Below, one piece after another: positions 13,298 to 27,348 of a stretch of DNA of 64,000 nucleotides (the stretch's first letter is position 1; each line of letters begins with the position of its first letter). Position numbers and translations under genes: made by a program. The DNA lies in contig RDEW01000031.1 in the NCBI GenBank assembly GCA_011109175.1, forward strand, positions 591,216 to 655,215. The letters run 5' to 3'. Below the pieces are notes generated by a model. That model made no database searches. It was given only the letters and a program-made list of their open reading frames with translations, and was not told the DNA's origin. This stretch comes from Dicyema japonicum. Its lineage: Eukaryota > Animalia > Dicyemida.

Positions 13298-14859
13298 AAA
13301 TCAATACTTTGTAATAGAAAATTAAACTTGTTTTCCTTAAACAGTCAAACACTACTAAAATATGGTCAATAAAACTGATGAAATGAAAGAACCATATATT
13401 TTAACGTGCACGATGTGTCAACCACGTGCATTATTTGGGGACCACCCATTTCGATGATTTAATGAGATAGGTCGAAGTTAATGGATTTTTCCGTCTTTTT
13501 ATATTGGGTGGAATTTTATAAGTGAGCCACATGAAAATAAATTTGACTTTATGAGTCTAAATAAATGAGAAACTCTGATATTTGGGTCTCCTTATGGGAT
13601 TTTCTCCATGTAATAAAGTAATAGTCGATTTTATACAAAATCAGTGAGTGTTCACTAAACAACATGGAATGTAGGATCACAGTGATCTCTGCGGTCGTCC
13701 TCTTTTGCCACCAAAGTTTCTTTTAATGTCAGGTGTCTATCATTTAAAGAGATCCTGAGTAGGTTTCATTGACTAAGAGTTTTGTAGCACTGCTTTCAAC
13801 CATTATAATAATTTTTGGTTAAAATTTAACCTTTTTTTCAGTAAAACAGTAAAATGCTGCAAAATGCGAAAATAAAATTTCGAATCTGCCACAATTTTTA
13901 ATTTTATTAAAAAATGCCCTCTTGCCATATCGTCAAATATACATTGAGTCAACCGACGAACCACACCCTTATCTGATCCTTAATATGCTGTTTATGCATC
14001 TTTGTGAATTCTAAGTCGGGAACCATTCCCAAATTCTGAGTTGATCCTATTCGACCTCTGTATTATATTAGAGAACAACAAAGCTACCAAAAAGGTGATA
14101 AAACAACTTATAAAGTGATCTCATTTTCCAATATTTCTTTTTGCGTCATCTTCAAGTGTTTCAAATGTTGAACTGCAAACTTCTGTGAATACTTTCAAAG
14201 GAACTCAATCAGGGTGTCTTCTTTAGGACTGATTGGAGTTCCTCTACATGAGTAATCTTATCTCCCAGTAAATTGTTGGTTCTTTACAGAAACGGTTCCT
14301 CGTCGATTTTTCTAGAAAGGTGGATGGATGTAACAGTATGGGGAAAAGACGCAAACCGGGGATCACATCGAAACTTACCATTTACACCTCAATGTAAACT
14401 ATTAAACCTATTATAACTCTAAACCGATCCCTCATGATCCTTAACAATGCTGTGATTTGGAAAAAATTATTTTTACCCAGCTTTGGAGTAACGTGTGTTA
14501 AATTTACTATTTTATAACATTGATTTTATTTGTAATACTATTCAGGCAAAATGTAAACATAAGACTAACAATATATGTTCTCTAAACAGTGGAAATGTCT
14601 GCCACACTAATCGAGATACTTGCCTGCATCTCCCTGCGACACGAGCATAAAAGAAAATCCACTAATATATCCTATCTAATATATTCCTGATTTTTAATAA
14701 AATTAAAGTTTCTATTTAAAAACCCGAGTTATAAAAATTCTTTACAAATTCATTTCTTAAAAAATAAATCAACCATTTCAAAAAAATAGTACAGTTCCTA
14801 CTTTTGAATAAAAATCACTTTAAATTATTCATTTTGCCGGACAATCATTGTTTTGTTTA

Positions 14860-15453
14860 ATGTTCTCTTTGGTTGAATCTGTTGAAGATGAAATTGATCT
14901 TTCAGAATTGAAGGAAAGGATTATTTCTTACAACAAGTATGACTACGAATGGCCTAACTACTCCATTGATGACTTTGAAGAAGTCTTCAAAAGTATAATT
15001 AATTAATTCCCAGACTTGGGTGCCGACAGATCCGACTATGACGACATGACTGAAAACAAGAAAATTACAGATTTTGGAAAAAAGACAAATTTTTTTGGAA
15101 GTATCTTTGTCTTCTCATTTCCTATAGCCCATAATGAAATGCCTGCAAGACCCCGGGGAACCAACGTTGGCAGAAAAGGTGGTGAAAACAAGAAATATTC
15201 AAAAAAGGCTCAAAACTTGAGGGAGAAGAGAAGACGGGACGATATGAAACTTTTACTGCAGGAACTTTGCAACATTTTAAATGTAACAAACGCTAGAATG
15301 ACGATGAAAGATATATTGGAGAGTACAGTAGAGTTTATTAAGAACAAACGTCGGCTTATTTACCAAAAAATTGAGATAAAGAACAGATTAGCAAAGAAAT
15401 TAAGAGAAAAGGCATACAATTTGATTGAAAAAATTAATAATAAGACATATTAG
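14860..15453 (+). CDS. bHLH-(ZIP) transcription factor, Myc/Max/Mad-like group, about 181 aa
   Basis: ATG at 14860; introns 14993-15013 (21 nt) and probably 15101-15127 (27 nt). bHLH segment KKAQNLREKRRRDDMKLLLQELCNIL..MTMKDILESTVEFIK followed by a zipper-like helix. Confidence 0.75.
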
Positions 15454-16027
15454 TTTTACTGTTTCTTTGAGTTTTTATTATTTTTTGTTTTATTTTGTGA
15501 TTAAGTTTCATCAATTTTGGGGGATTGGCGTTGTTGATCGGCCAGAGGAATTTTATGAAAAGTAGGCCCTTGTGAATGAGATATCATCTAAATTTCTCTA
15601 CGAGGAGGTAACCCACATCGAAAGTTAAAATCTAAGCTATCAATCAAATCTTTTACTGACATAACCACCAATAAGGTGTTCTACTCCGGATATTGCAACC
15701 TCCAACTATGAAATAAAAATAGCTTCCCGTCAGCGATTAATGAAAAATATCAAGCCAGACCAGAATAAAATGTCCTCATTTGTCAAAAATAGAAATTACT
15801 AACTCTCAAGGATCTGGAAACCTTTCGTAGAATGCGCACAACAGAGGAGTTTGAAGAAGGTTGGTCATACCTGCGACAAGACGGCAGAATTATATCACCT
15901 AAAATTGGAAGCTCTTGAAGAAGAGGCATGTCCCCCCTCTCTCATTCAGACTGATTACTTAAATGGTTGATAATCCATTTTCTAGTTGAATTAGGATGTT
16001 TTAGTGATATTAAATAAAGTTTATAAA

Positions 16028-17618
16028 TTATAGTGAATTTAAGAATATCCTCTCAGACTGAAGAAATGACCTCGCAGCAGTTGTGGCATTCTTCATTTTC
16101 ATGATTGTTGTCATTCTATCAATATCATTCGTCAGCTCATTCTGATATTTTATTATTTCTAAATAATTAAAATAATACCCTCCACCTTCACTGGCTTTAT
16201 ATTTACTGGTTTTTGTCGATTATTTTTCTGAATATCACAAATTGTCACCTTATTTTTCATTTTACTAAGTTTTGCTTTCTGTTCCTCAATAACTTGATCC
16301 GCCAGCCAGCTGTAGTTCAACAAAGTCCTCGTTGACGTTGGCTTCATTAAATGTCCACCAGGATCGCTTCTTTTAACGGCATTCAAGGTTTTAACCAATT
16401 TTGAATTGATTTCTTCCAACAAACCGACAATCTTTCTATCTTCATTCTTATTTGACTGGCAATTTATAGAACTAAAACTGATTTCTCCTCAAAAATAGCA
16501 TTGACTGAGAGACACGCCTGCACTAATGATTGCAGTTTGTCTAACTTGGACAGCAAAACTGTATTGTAAACTCAAATCTACTGTAGGAGTTGTTTACGTT
16601 GCTATCTGATACAGCCTTTCGAAGATCTTGTTGAATTCGGGCTTGAAGCTCCTCAAAATTGGCCTCAAAGTTGCTACCATTGATTTAATAAATTACGGAA
16701 TTTTTATAGATTCCACTTTGTTACTAATTTCCGTGATTTCTTTGCTAAGGAATTCCACTTGATTTTGTGATTTCTCCACAATTTCCCTTAAATTATTCAA
16801 TTTCGTACAAAACGTCGCAAATTTTGTCGTTTTTCTCATATTCATTCATAAAATTTAAGTTACTGTGCTTGAATTCGTTAAAATTTAAATCGAGTTCCTT
16901 CAGCATATCCCCAACGTTGTGAGTTTGACTTCTCAGTGAATCAATCTGCTGAGAAAAGCCACCAATTTCCTTCAAAAAGTAATTTTCTGCGTTATTTTTA
17001 TTTTTTGTGAACTAAAGTTACTGTCAGTGAGCACCTCTTCTGTCATATTCAATATTTGCTGAGATATTTTCTCAATTTGTTCGGAACACTCAGTTTTCTG
17101 ATCCTCTTGAATTCTGTCGGCAGTCTTGTTTTGGGGGATGGAGTCATTTTCTGGGAAAATGGCAGGATAGTAATTATTTTTTATCTTCTTTTGTCTGAAT
17201 ACTTTTTCAGTGCTGCTGTTCAGTTGTTTGTCGTCATACTCTTTTCTCTGCAATTAAAAATACTCCTACAATCTTTGAACTTCTTCTATTATAAGCTGAG
17301 GCCGACCTTAGTGAACTCACAGACTTTTCCTTTTCTCCTCCACTCAGGGATGACTCGGCCGCTTGTGGCTTCGAGAGGAAGTGCTTATTTATGAATTCAT
17401 CAGAACTGTCAGATTTTGTTACTTTATGATAATTGTCGTTTACTTTTAGTTTTACTGACGTCCTCATCCAGGAAATTGAAAAGAGTGGATCTCTCGGTCT
17501 CCCCCGACTAAAGTTTTAGCTAAAGTAGATTACTGTTTTGCTTTTTTCTTTTACTAAAAATAAATTAATTAATACTTTTAGATTTTAAAATTGATTCGAA
17601 GAAATCCTCATCCGACAT
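16028..17618 (-). CDS. Orphan coiled-coil protein with about 10 tiny introns
   Basis: ATG at 17618 (MSDEDFFESILK). GT-AG introns of 20-26 nt (e.g. 17554-17575, 17508-17533, 16159-16178) join ORF-track pieces 17234-17467, 16972-17253, 16793-16975 and 16159-16422 in one frame; TAA at 16028-16030. Confidence 0.75.
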
Positions 17619-17829
17619 GGTTGCTTAGTGATAATAATTTAAATATTTTAGTCATTGATTTATTAATATTATTAATTGTCATTCTCCAGTGGTAATCAAG
17701 AAAACGGTTAGGTCATCAGATGAAGAGAGTTCGGATGTTGTTGGAGGCTGGGATCACCTTATTAGTTAGTTTTGACCTATTTTTCTTGGTGGTCTTGGGG
17801 TTAAATAAATAAATGAAGAAAATGCTCCA

Positions 17830-18125
17830 CAAAGGTAATCCTCGCTAGTGATTAAGGTGTCGGGCAAAGTGGCTTAGGTTAAGAGTTCTCACTGCTGTTC
17901 ACCTGGTGGAAGGTTCCTCGCATCTACGATGCTAAAAGGGTTTGACGAGTGACGCCGTCATTAGTGGACATATACCGCGGAACTGGATAGTCTAAAAAGG
18001 ACCCACACACAAGAAAAAAAGAAGTGAAGAGTTCTACGATTAGTTAAAATTAACTGTTCTTTACTTAAATAAAGTGTGTGTCCTGCCTATGCGGAGCTAT
18101 AAATACTATGGCTCTCGTGACTATC
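17830..18125 (+). mobile_element. Decayed RTE 3' fragment
   Basis: TAELDSLKR..QEKKK resembles the RTE C-terminus; ends in the family 3' motif gctataaatactatggctctcgtga. Confidence 0.5.
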
Positions 18126-18879
18126 AAAAAAGGTAATTCTTGCTGCTATCTATGGAAACTATCTGTGGAAGAACTCCAAAAATATTAAAAATGAAGTTCA
18201 ATGTTTAATAATTGTAAGCAGTCTAACTACTAATATTGGATACTTAATTGTCAGTCATGACATTGCATAAATGGGAAAACCATTCACAGATAGATCAAAT
18301 CCTGTCACAACAGATGTCTTGCAATGTAACGATGCAACAAGTCGATGACCTTAAAATAGCTTGTGCAATTTCACTATTGGCTAAGGAAATGCAGGGTCAA
18401 TTATCTCATTAATTACATTAAATATAATTTTGTTATGTTTTAGTATTTTAAATAGTGGATCTTCAAAAAACCAAAATTTGGCTCTTTGGCTTAGAAGGTT
18501 GCGACTCCTGGTCTTTCGGTTAAGTGAAAAATTGTTTTTTTCCATTTGCAGGTCTTTTAAACTGCCAAGGCGTTTAACTATGCCTTGCCAATCTGGGTGC
18601 CAGGCACATCACTCACCCTCCTAAAAACATTAGCAGGTCTTGAAATATATAACGGGATGTTTAAATCTACCTCTTGTTGATCACATATACTGGGAGACAA
18701 GAGTCGGACATTAGGTAATCACTAAGGAAATTTTTTGATTTTATAAATTCGAAATGTTTACCTAAAAATTGACTTTATTGAATTTAAAATTTCAAAATTT
18801 TGACCTTTTTTGACTTTATGACAAATTTTTTAGAAAAGTCCTAACAGCACTCGTTTAACAACACCCTTATCTCTCAAAC

Positions 18880-19720
18880 GACTAACGGAACCAATTACTA
18901 TGGATGAATACATAATCTACTTGTTTCAGAAGAGAGTGTAAAAGATGGGAGTCTCTCCCCCGACTTTATTGTTTCCTTCCAGGGCATCTCAAAGATCTAA
19001 TTTCTCGGAGCATGAGCAGCTCTGATTCCGGCTTGTATCAACTATTACAAAACTAATTAACATGATACTCTCCGGAAAATTCACAAAAAACAGGGAATGG
19101 TCATATGTGATCCTCAAATTGATATTAAATGCCTTAAACCATATGCCATGATACAATTTTAGAAGATTGTTTTGCATTCTCCGCCTCAGTGTGCGACTAT
19201 GTAGATTGCTCTTATGAAAAATCGTCAAATTTTGCCCACAGCCAATACTTCATTCCCTTGTGCTCTGGAGTAGAATAAGGGGATCCAGCTATGTTCAGCC
19301 TCTGAATAGGCCGTGTCACAAAGACGGGTAACCTCTTGTCTTTTTCCTGCTGAAAAAAGCCTTGTTAGTGCCAAAACAAACTACGTTCTTCGATGGGAAC
19401 TTTGTTTCCAGAAAATGGACAGCTCAAAACGATTGACTCTTCTATAACACTACCGAACGTCAAATTTGACGACAATCTTATCTGTTCGCATCGGCGGTCT
19501 AGGAATTCAGTCTCCCACATATTTAGCGTATTTTTCATATCTATCCTCCTTGAGGTCCAACAAACTGTTGATCAAGATGATTCTTCGACTCCGAATTGAA
19601 TCGTCAAGATTAGAGGACCAAAGAGACCTTCACATGTCCATCTGTCAAAAAATAAATATGAGAGGCTTCTAAATCAATCAACCAATACCGACTGGCCTGT
19701 CTGGTCATTAAAAATGTGAG
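18880..19720 (+). mobile_element. Decayed CRE-clade RT fragment
   Basis: PGHLKDL (~18980), a GDP remnant (~19280), PK.NYVLR and IGGLGIQSP (ORF 19466-19672), all matching the CRE elements elsewhere in the window. Confidence 0.6.
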
Positions 19721-19769
19721 GGAAGTATGTCCTTTTGATCACAAGTTACGTGATTCAGTGAAAACCAGT

Positions 19770-21970
19770 ATTATTATTCTAAAACCCCAAGAACACCAAG
19801 AAAGAAAGAATTAACTCACTAAATTAAGTGATCTCAGCCTCCAACATCTCTCGAATTCTCTTCGAATACTCCGCCAGTTAACCAACAGTGTTCCTGAAGT
19901 GTCTTCTTTTATTTCTGCAAAGAAATTCTATCGGAATGCACTTTTTTTAATGCCGATCTGAATTCCTCCGCATGAACTGCCCTCTCTCTGAATGGGTTTC
20001 CTAACTCCTTGCACATACGTAGGGAGCCCTGGCCATTTCTCACCGTCGCCTCCTCTGAAAGCAGACTGAAAACGGATGTGGAGTCTGATTGTATGTGCCT
20101 CATGATCTTCCGTCTGAGAGAATTCACACGTTCCACCCTCGTAGAAGGAATGGCGAATCTCCAGGCAGAACAGGCATATTCAATAGTCGACGCAATAACT
20201 TGGAGATATACTTTGCTGATCCAAGCAGTATGTGGGAAAGGGCTCTTCTATATGATGGCTTTTAAGACGTTCTATTTTCGAAGACCTTTGGTTAAGACAT
20301 TTTCCGTGTGACTGGAGAGCATCATAAGAGAATCGAAAGTCACTCCAAGGATCTTTTGGACTCGCGTATAAGGGATGGGAATGTTTCCGAGGAATATCTC
20401 AAATCCAACTTTAAATCTTCTGTCCGTAGTAAGTAGGTTGAAGTGAGACTTGGACTCAGACATAGACAGTAAATTCATGGATAGCCAGTCACACATCAAC
20501 CAGGTGTGTGACTGAACCACCGCCACAACCCTGGAGGAAGATTTGTTCCTTGCAGCGATAATCAGGTCGACACGTAAGATAAAACATAGTGTCCTGATCA
20601 TTGATAGTAGGTAAATCGTGTAGAAATACGTTAAATAAGAGAGGAGACAGAGGGAAGTATTGTGGGACACCATTAGGGAGTAGCCTTGATTTTGAAGTAA
20701 TTTTTCCAATCCCGACTCTTCCGGTCATTTAAGAAATATTCCAGGCATTGTATGGTGTTCGGATGTAAATTTGAATTAAAGTTTTTTTGTTAGGAGTGTC
20801 CTCGAAACAAATTCGAAGGCTTAATATCTATAGACAGCAGAGCTGTCCGTATGTGCGTCTTCATGTTGAAGCCGTCCGTGATGAACTGGGAGAAAGATCC
20901 CAAATGCGTCGTAGTAGAAGGCGTGTTCTGATGGCATGTTGAAAATCAGGAAGTAGTAGAACAGTGGAAATTAACATTAATACAAGCTTCTCCAATAGTT
21001 TTGGACAAGGCGCAAGTTATTGAGGGCGGTAAGAGGATGGAATGTCTTTTGATTTTACAGGCTTGCGAATTGGTGTAATCAGTGAATTCTTCCATATATT
21101 TGGTATTGTTTTAGAATTTATAGAATAGTTGCATAGCCCCGATAACACGATATGCGCCTGAGGTCATAAGTGTTTAAGGTGAATAGCATAGACGCCGTCA
21201 GGGCCACAGGATCTAGTGAGACATAGAAATTTGATAGTCATTTCCACATCATAAGGAGTAAAGAATGCAGTTTATTGCGTCTGTTGTGGACCACATCGTT
21301 TGACATACAGAGAGCGGGAGAAATTCGACACATAATAATTCATTAGGTTATTTACAAGTTTCCATGCAGGTTCCGAAGCAAATATAACGCTTTTTTACTC
21401 CACCACCATCTTTATGAGACTGTTGATACTTCTTAGTCCTTCCAGAAGGTTCCACTCAAGTTCTTGTGGCATAGTCTCCAACAAGTCGACTCCACTTGTG
21501 TCAGTGGTTAGGAAGAATTAGTTGGGAAATTCTGCGATTTAGAGAGCATATGCACGATATAGAGCCATCTGATTGTATTCCAATTTTCTTCAGGGCATCT
21601 CGTTTCTTGATAAGTGCCATGATGCCCGAAGATAGTTTCACATGAATGTTTTTTTAGACGAAAATGGGACGAACATTCTGTCCCCTTTCCGAATAACTGA
21701 ACTTAATATCTTGGCTACCTTGTCAACAGGGAAGTCTTCAACAGCGAGGTCCGATAGACATTATCCACAAACGTGCCGAATCAAATCCAATTTGCCTTCG
21801 AATAGTTCTTGAACTCATTAAAACATCTTGGCAGACAAATAGATCTTTTGAGTTTCAACACGATTGCGTTATGGTCGCTTGTAAAACCATAACTGACATC
21901 CCATGAAAGATATCCAGGAAGGATAGAGTACATAATGACAAGTTCGGGGAAGTTGGGTTGTCCCCTCTTT
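19770..21970 (-). mobile_element. Decayed I/Jockey-group LINE
   Basis: GPDG (~21200), LPNGVPQ..PLSPLLFNVF, KILGVTFD and IEYACSAW; nearly identical C-terminus to 54075-54560. Confidence 0.8.
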
Positions 21971-22063
21971 GGTGAAAACTATTTGACTAATTTGATTAAT
22001 TATTAAATAAAATAAATTGATTTTAAAAGAAAAAATAAATATTTTGAAATATTATCTATATTT

Positions 22064-22564
22064 ATGGTTTGCTTGTGGTTTATTTGTTAAGATAAAATTC
22101 TTCCTTGTCCAAAATCGTTCTGGAAAGACTAGACTTGCACGTTGGTACGAAAATTATGGTGCAGATTATAAACAGTCTATAATAGAAGATGCTCACTCCC
22201 TAGTGAGTGTGAGAGATAGCTCCCAATCCAATTTCATTCCAGTATTAACCTCGTCGTCAATTCTAGTTTAGAGAATCCAAGATAATATACCGAAAATATG
22301 CCGGATTGAATATAATTGTGTGTGTTGACCCGTCCGATAACAATTTAATTTATTATGAGTCTATCCACAACTTTGTGGAACTCCTGAATGAATTTTTCCC
22401 AAATGTGTGTGAGTTGGATTTGATATTTAATTTCCTCAAGGTTTTTTGTTGTTCTAGTTTAGTGCTACGCTATTTTGGATTTAATGTTTCTAGGAGGATC
22501 CATTAATGAGACTTCCCATCCCAAATTGCTTCAGCTATTGGCTAATCTTAATTCGGTCGAATAA
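22064..22564 (+). CDS. AP2S1: AP-2 complex subunit sigma, 142 aa
   Basis: Introns of 25, 25 and 22 nt (the first right after the ATG, 22067-22091) give MIKFFLVQNRSGKTRLARWY..KIIYRKYAGL..IHNFVELLNEFFPNVCELDLIFNF..ETS. This is collinear with AP2S1 and the same length. Confidence 0.95.
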
Positions 22565-23779
22565 TTGCTTAATAATTATTAGCATTATGGTTGATTTGAC
22601 AAACTAATGGGAAATCACCCTCAACTCTTTAATTTGTTGATGTGCTTGACGGGTTAAATGGGAGACATTTACTCGTCCTCAATTTTAATGGAAATACTAA
22701 TTTTCAAGAAGGAAATGATTTGGGTCATAGAATCCCTAAGTTTTAGCTGATGATCTCCACCACATAACCTCTTGTGATATCATAGAGATTAATTGGAAAA
22801 GCCATTAGGTTTCACGGATGTCTTAGCTTCTTGGTGAGGACAAAAACTTGTTGGTCTAATTAATTCGTCTCCTTTTTGAGCCAAGGCCACCCACACTGCA
22901 GGCTCTACGTAGTAAATAGTTTGGAGCTTTCATCAAATACTTTGCTCAGACTATCTGGCATACATAATCTTCATGTCCTTTTCGATCTTGTCCACTGTGA
23001 TCAAGGGACTATATAATCAATATGATTTGAATATATGATTAGATTTAAGATTGATTTTTCCACAATAACTTCCTTGGTTAGTACCATATTCACTTTATAA
23101 TCATAGACTAATTCACTTGCTTACATATTTTATACTATGACTTGCTTTAATGTCTGTTGTAAGGTGGTCTAAGTTCATTATTATCATTTTCCTCACATTG
23201 CCATGTTTATCCACATTTGCTTCGAATCTCCATATCTTTATTACCCACTATGGATTCACATGTAAGTTTTCAGTCTCTTTGTTTTTATAACGTATTGGCC
23301 ACATGAAATATATTCACATCACCACTCCGTCATAATTTCTGATAGAGCAGTCGAAGATGGAGAAATGATGAATTTCAGAAGATTCGGTTCTGCTTAGATG
23401 AGATTTCAAAGTTACCCCATCGGAAGATGTTACTATACAATGTGGTTGACACATTATAGTGAATCGTTAGGGTTATATGTCATTTTTATTAATAAATTTA
23501 GTGAGGATTATTTGCCACAGTTTACGATTGCTCAGTAATCCTCAGTAGTCTTCAGAACCTATTTTACTACTGAGTGACATCACAATTATGATTAATATTA
23601 ACATGACTTAAGAATTTATTGATATTAACTATATGAAACCAATAATTTATCAAAATGTAAATTATAATCGGTTTTCATGTGGTCACCTCGTGGAGTAATG
23701 ACCTACATTTGTAGCGAACTGACCTAAATTTTTTCCTTACCAAGCAACTACCAAATAGTTTACTTGATGGTGTTTATGG

Positions 23780-24220
23780 GACGAGCTCCAAACTACCATT
23801 CTTATGGCGCCATCTTGTGCTACGTGGCTAATTGGTTGAAGTTTTTATGTTTGCTTTGTAATTGTTGAACAGTCTTGAGGAGTATATTATGAAAATGGTG
23901 TTTACAGGAGACCGAACCTGTTTTTAAGAAATACCCTTCTTTCTTCAAGTTCCCTTAATGTTTTCCGTGTGTGTCTAAGGTTCGTGGATTTAAGTAATTG
24001 TAAGGTTAATGGTTCGGATCAAGTGTTTGTCCTGGAAAATGTAAGTTTTTCATTTCAATAAACTGTGTCAAGGTAAATAGATGAGGGTTGTTGAGTGAAG
24101 GGGACGAAAGTCATGTGATTTGGAAAAGCTTCGGTGGCATGAAATCTCGTTTAAGACTATTTTTTTCAAAACTTTGATATAACCAAGGTAAGAGAAATAG
24201 GTTTATTAGGAATCCTTGTT
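23780..24220 (-). mobile_element. Older Jockey-like LINE fragment, left half (continues at 27349-27813)
   Basis: Matches 46110-46250; the uninterrupted copy at 46240-46270 shows it is contiguous with 27349 onward. Confidence 0.7.
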
Positions 24221-27200
24221 AATTGTTACATAAAAACAAAAAAACGTGGTTCTGGTGTGGATGTTGTGACGATGATTGGAAAAAATGGTACAAAAAGTTA
24301 ATTCAAAAGGATCAAAAACAGCGACATTAAAAGTTAGCACTTGTTAACGATCTACAGGAGCTACTACTGTCAAAAAGTTTGAAGAGAAGATCAAGACAGT
24401 TCTACAGAAGCTGGAAACAAGTTTATTCCTCACCATCCTCCAGCTTTTGAATACTCTGGAAATGTGTTTATATCTCTGTTACATCGAGTATGATAGCCAT
24501 CAAAATTTATAACGAGCTGAACTCGTTCGTCATGACAGGGTCTATCAGATTGAGCCACTAAGGCTCCAGGATCTTCCGTCTCGAATTCAGAAAGGAGGAG
24601 AAAAGGAACCTTTGTGAATATGCAAATGCTACTTCACTTTTTGGTCTTGGAAATTATTGCTTCAGTGAAATCCGTGTGAGATCGCCCGAAATTGTGTTAA
24701 GGAACCTGTTCTTTTGGGTTTATGATAACGACCTTCATGAATTTGTAAAGGAATTAGCTTTCTCTACTACGAGCATATGACGTTTCTACAAGAGAGATAG
24801 GAGATTCTCTCTTGTAAAAGTTCTAGTTGGATGAAGGGCGGAGGCTACATCCCTTGTCCGTCTTGGTTTCAATATTGCTCACGTGCCAATTACTTGTGAC
24901 TGGTACAGAAGAGACCCATCTAGGAGTTTCAACTACCTACGCTATGGACACATATCCTTTTTCTGTAAAGAGAAGACAAAATGTCTCCGTTGCCTTGGGG
25001 AACACGACCTGACTGCTTGTGGAAAGACCCCTGGAAACACAATGAATTGCATAAATTTTCTCTCGTCCTCACATCGTGCCAGATCTGGTGGATGCCCAGC
25101 CGCCAAGAAATCTGATCAGAGGAGAGCAACTAAAAACGATGGACAGCCGATAATAGAGATATTGAGAGAACGTGTACAGGAAAGACAATTACGTCAAAAT
25201 CGGCACCTAAAATTCGTCGAAAACCGAACGATGTCCCACCCAATCTATCAGAGAAAATATTCACAGAAATATCGTAGATTATGTCATGGCTAAACTATTG
25301 CACATGTGGATTTAATGAAGACGGTGACCATGGATTTGAAGAAACAAGGTCACCCAAATGTTTGAAGAAAGGAGTAAAAATAGTGCTAGTGAATGCCCGA
25401 TCCCTAGGGAAAAGGTATAATGAACTAGCACTACTTGCGAAGGTCTCCAAGACCCACATCTTGGTGGTCAATGAGACGAAATTAAAGAAAACGAAGAGTA
25501 ATATAATGACTGGATACAATTCTGTAGAAGTTTTATGGAAGGCTGGAGCAGTTGCTGGTACGGGAACGTCTATTATCTACCGGGACTGCCTCCGAATTCG
25601 TAATCCAAAAGTCGTTTGTGATGTATTGTGTGAATTTGTAAGCATGGACGTTTGTTGCGACGGAGTATGGATTAGTGTTGAAGGTCTATACTCCAAGAAT
25701 TTTGAGACTTGTTCTACAGATATCACTGAGTTCTACAACAAGAATCCCTATACTATCTTAATTGGGGATCTTAATTNNNNNNNNNNNNNNNNNNNNNNNN
25801 NNNNNNNNNNNNNNNNNNNNNNNNNNNNNNNNNNNNNNNNNNNNNNNNNNNNNNNNNNNNNNNNNNNNNNNNNNNNNNNNNNNNNNNNNNNNNNNNNNNN
25901 NNNNNNNNNNNNNNNNNNNNNNNNNNNNNNNNNNNNNNNNNNNNNNNNNNNNNNNNNCTGTTGTGAGGATGATTCCAAAACCAGGAAAGTCAAAGAGAGA
26001 TCCGGCAAGCTACAGACCAATTAGTTAATATGTTCTTTCGCGAAAGTGATTGAACGTATCATTTTCAAAAGGCTATGCAGACATATAGAAGAAAACGACT
26101 TTCTGATTCTGGAGCAGTGGGGTTTTCGTCACGGAAGAGGCTGTGCAGATTGTTTCTTTCTACTGAATTCTGAAATCATGAAAGCAAAGGATTCCAAAAG
26201 ACAAATAAACTTACTATGTCTTGATATCTCGAAAGCATTCGACAGTGTATGCCATGAAGCGTTGTTAAGGCAGCTTGTATCAGCATGTGTTCCAAGATAC
26301 CTATTTGTTTGGCTAAGAAATTATTTTCAGGAAAGACAATCTTTTGTGAAGGTGTGTGTATATAGATCTGATGCAATATCATTCAAAAGAGGAGTACCTC
26401 AAGGTTCAGTATTGAGCCCTATTTTGTTTTATATTTTTATGGCGAGTTTTCCACGTCCGAGGAATATTCATACTAGTCCTCTTATTTATGCTGATGACGT
26501 AATCGTGGTGGACACATCTCTAAAATCTTCTATATCTGAAGGAAGAATCCGGGAGTATGTCGACCAGATTGAGCATTGGTGCAACTTGAGAGGGCTAAAG
26601 CTCTCTGCTGAAAAATCTTGCGCACTCCGAATAAGCAGTTTGAAAGTGGTGGACACATCTCTAAAATCTTCTATATCTGAAGGAAGAATCCGGGAGTATG
26701 TCGACCAGATTGAGCATTGGTGCAACTTGAGAGGGCTAAAGCTCTCTGCTGAAAAATCTTGCGCAATCCGAATAAGCAGTTTGAAAAAGCACCTGAAACA
26801 AGAATACAAACTGGGAATAAACAATTTACACAGTCTGCGCTACCTGGAGGTCGACTATGGACACGCAGGAGATTACATAAACGACATAAAGGGGAGGAGA
26901 AAGAAAGCCTTTCAATCGCTCCTATGTACACGGAAGTTACACGTTAGCCGTGACACTTACCTGTTTATCTTCAAGGGAGTTATTATCCCTAGCCTACTTT
27001 ATGGGTGCGAGGGGTGGTTCTTCTTTCCTAAGAGGGAGAAGATCTTATCCCTCCTAGAGAAGACTAGGAGAGCTGCAATTAAGCTCTCCTTAAACAAGAA
27101 ACTGAAAGACTGTCCAAGCGAGGACGAAAACAAGCTGCTAGACCCGATTAGCAGGATTTTGGAGGATTGGATCAATGGTTTCAGAATGAGATCAAAGATC

Positions 27201-27348
27201 CAGGATACGTATATAAAGCTGGGAGAAACGCCCTAAAAAATTAAAAAAAGGAGGAAGGGTCCAGGTGTGGAGTCCAAGCCTTATGGTAGGACTCAGATGT
27301 AATACCCTCCAGAAAACTCTTTAACTCTTTTGTTAATAGTTATTATTA
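24221..27348 (+). mobile_element. Two-ORF I/Jockey-group LINE (gag-like ORF1 with zinc knuckles; EN-RT ORF2), spanning an N-gap
   Basis: ORF1 remnant has three CCHC-like knuckles (24883-25293). EN: VNARSL, VNETKL, IGDLN. RT: QWGFR, LDISKAFDSV, GVPQGSVLSP, YADD. Ends in a 3' hairpin and (TTA)n tail, with a short ttgtt duplication at the ends. Confidence 0.9.

Noticed and set aside
17840-18000. Possible tRNA-derived SINE head with small hairpins
   Set aside because: No canonical B-box or cloverleaf; the region translates to a decayed RTE C-terminus and ends in the RTE 3' motif.
22570-23490. Possible minus-strand gene or pseudogene convergent with AP2S1
   Set aside because: I could not splice it into an open frame with GT-AG micro-introns, and it has no recognisable motif.
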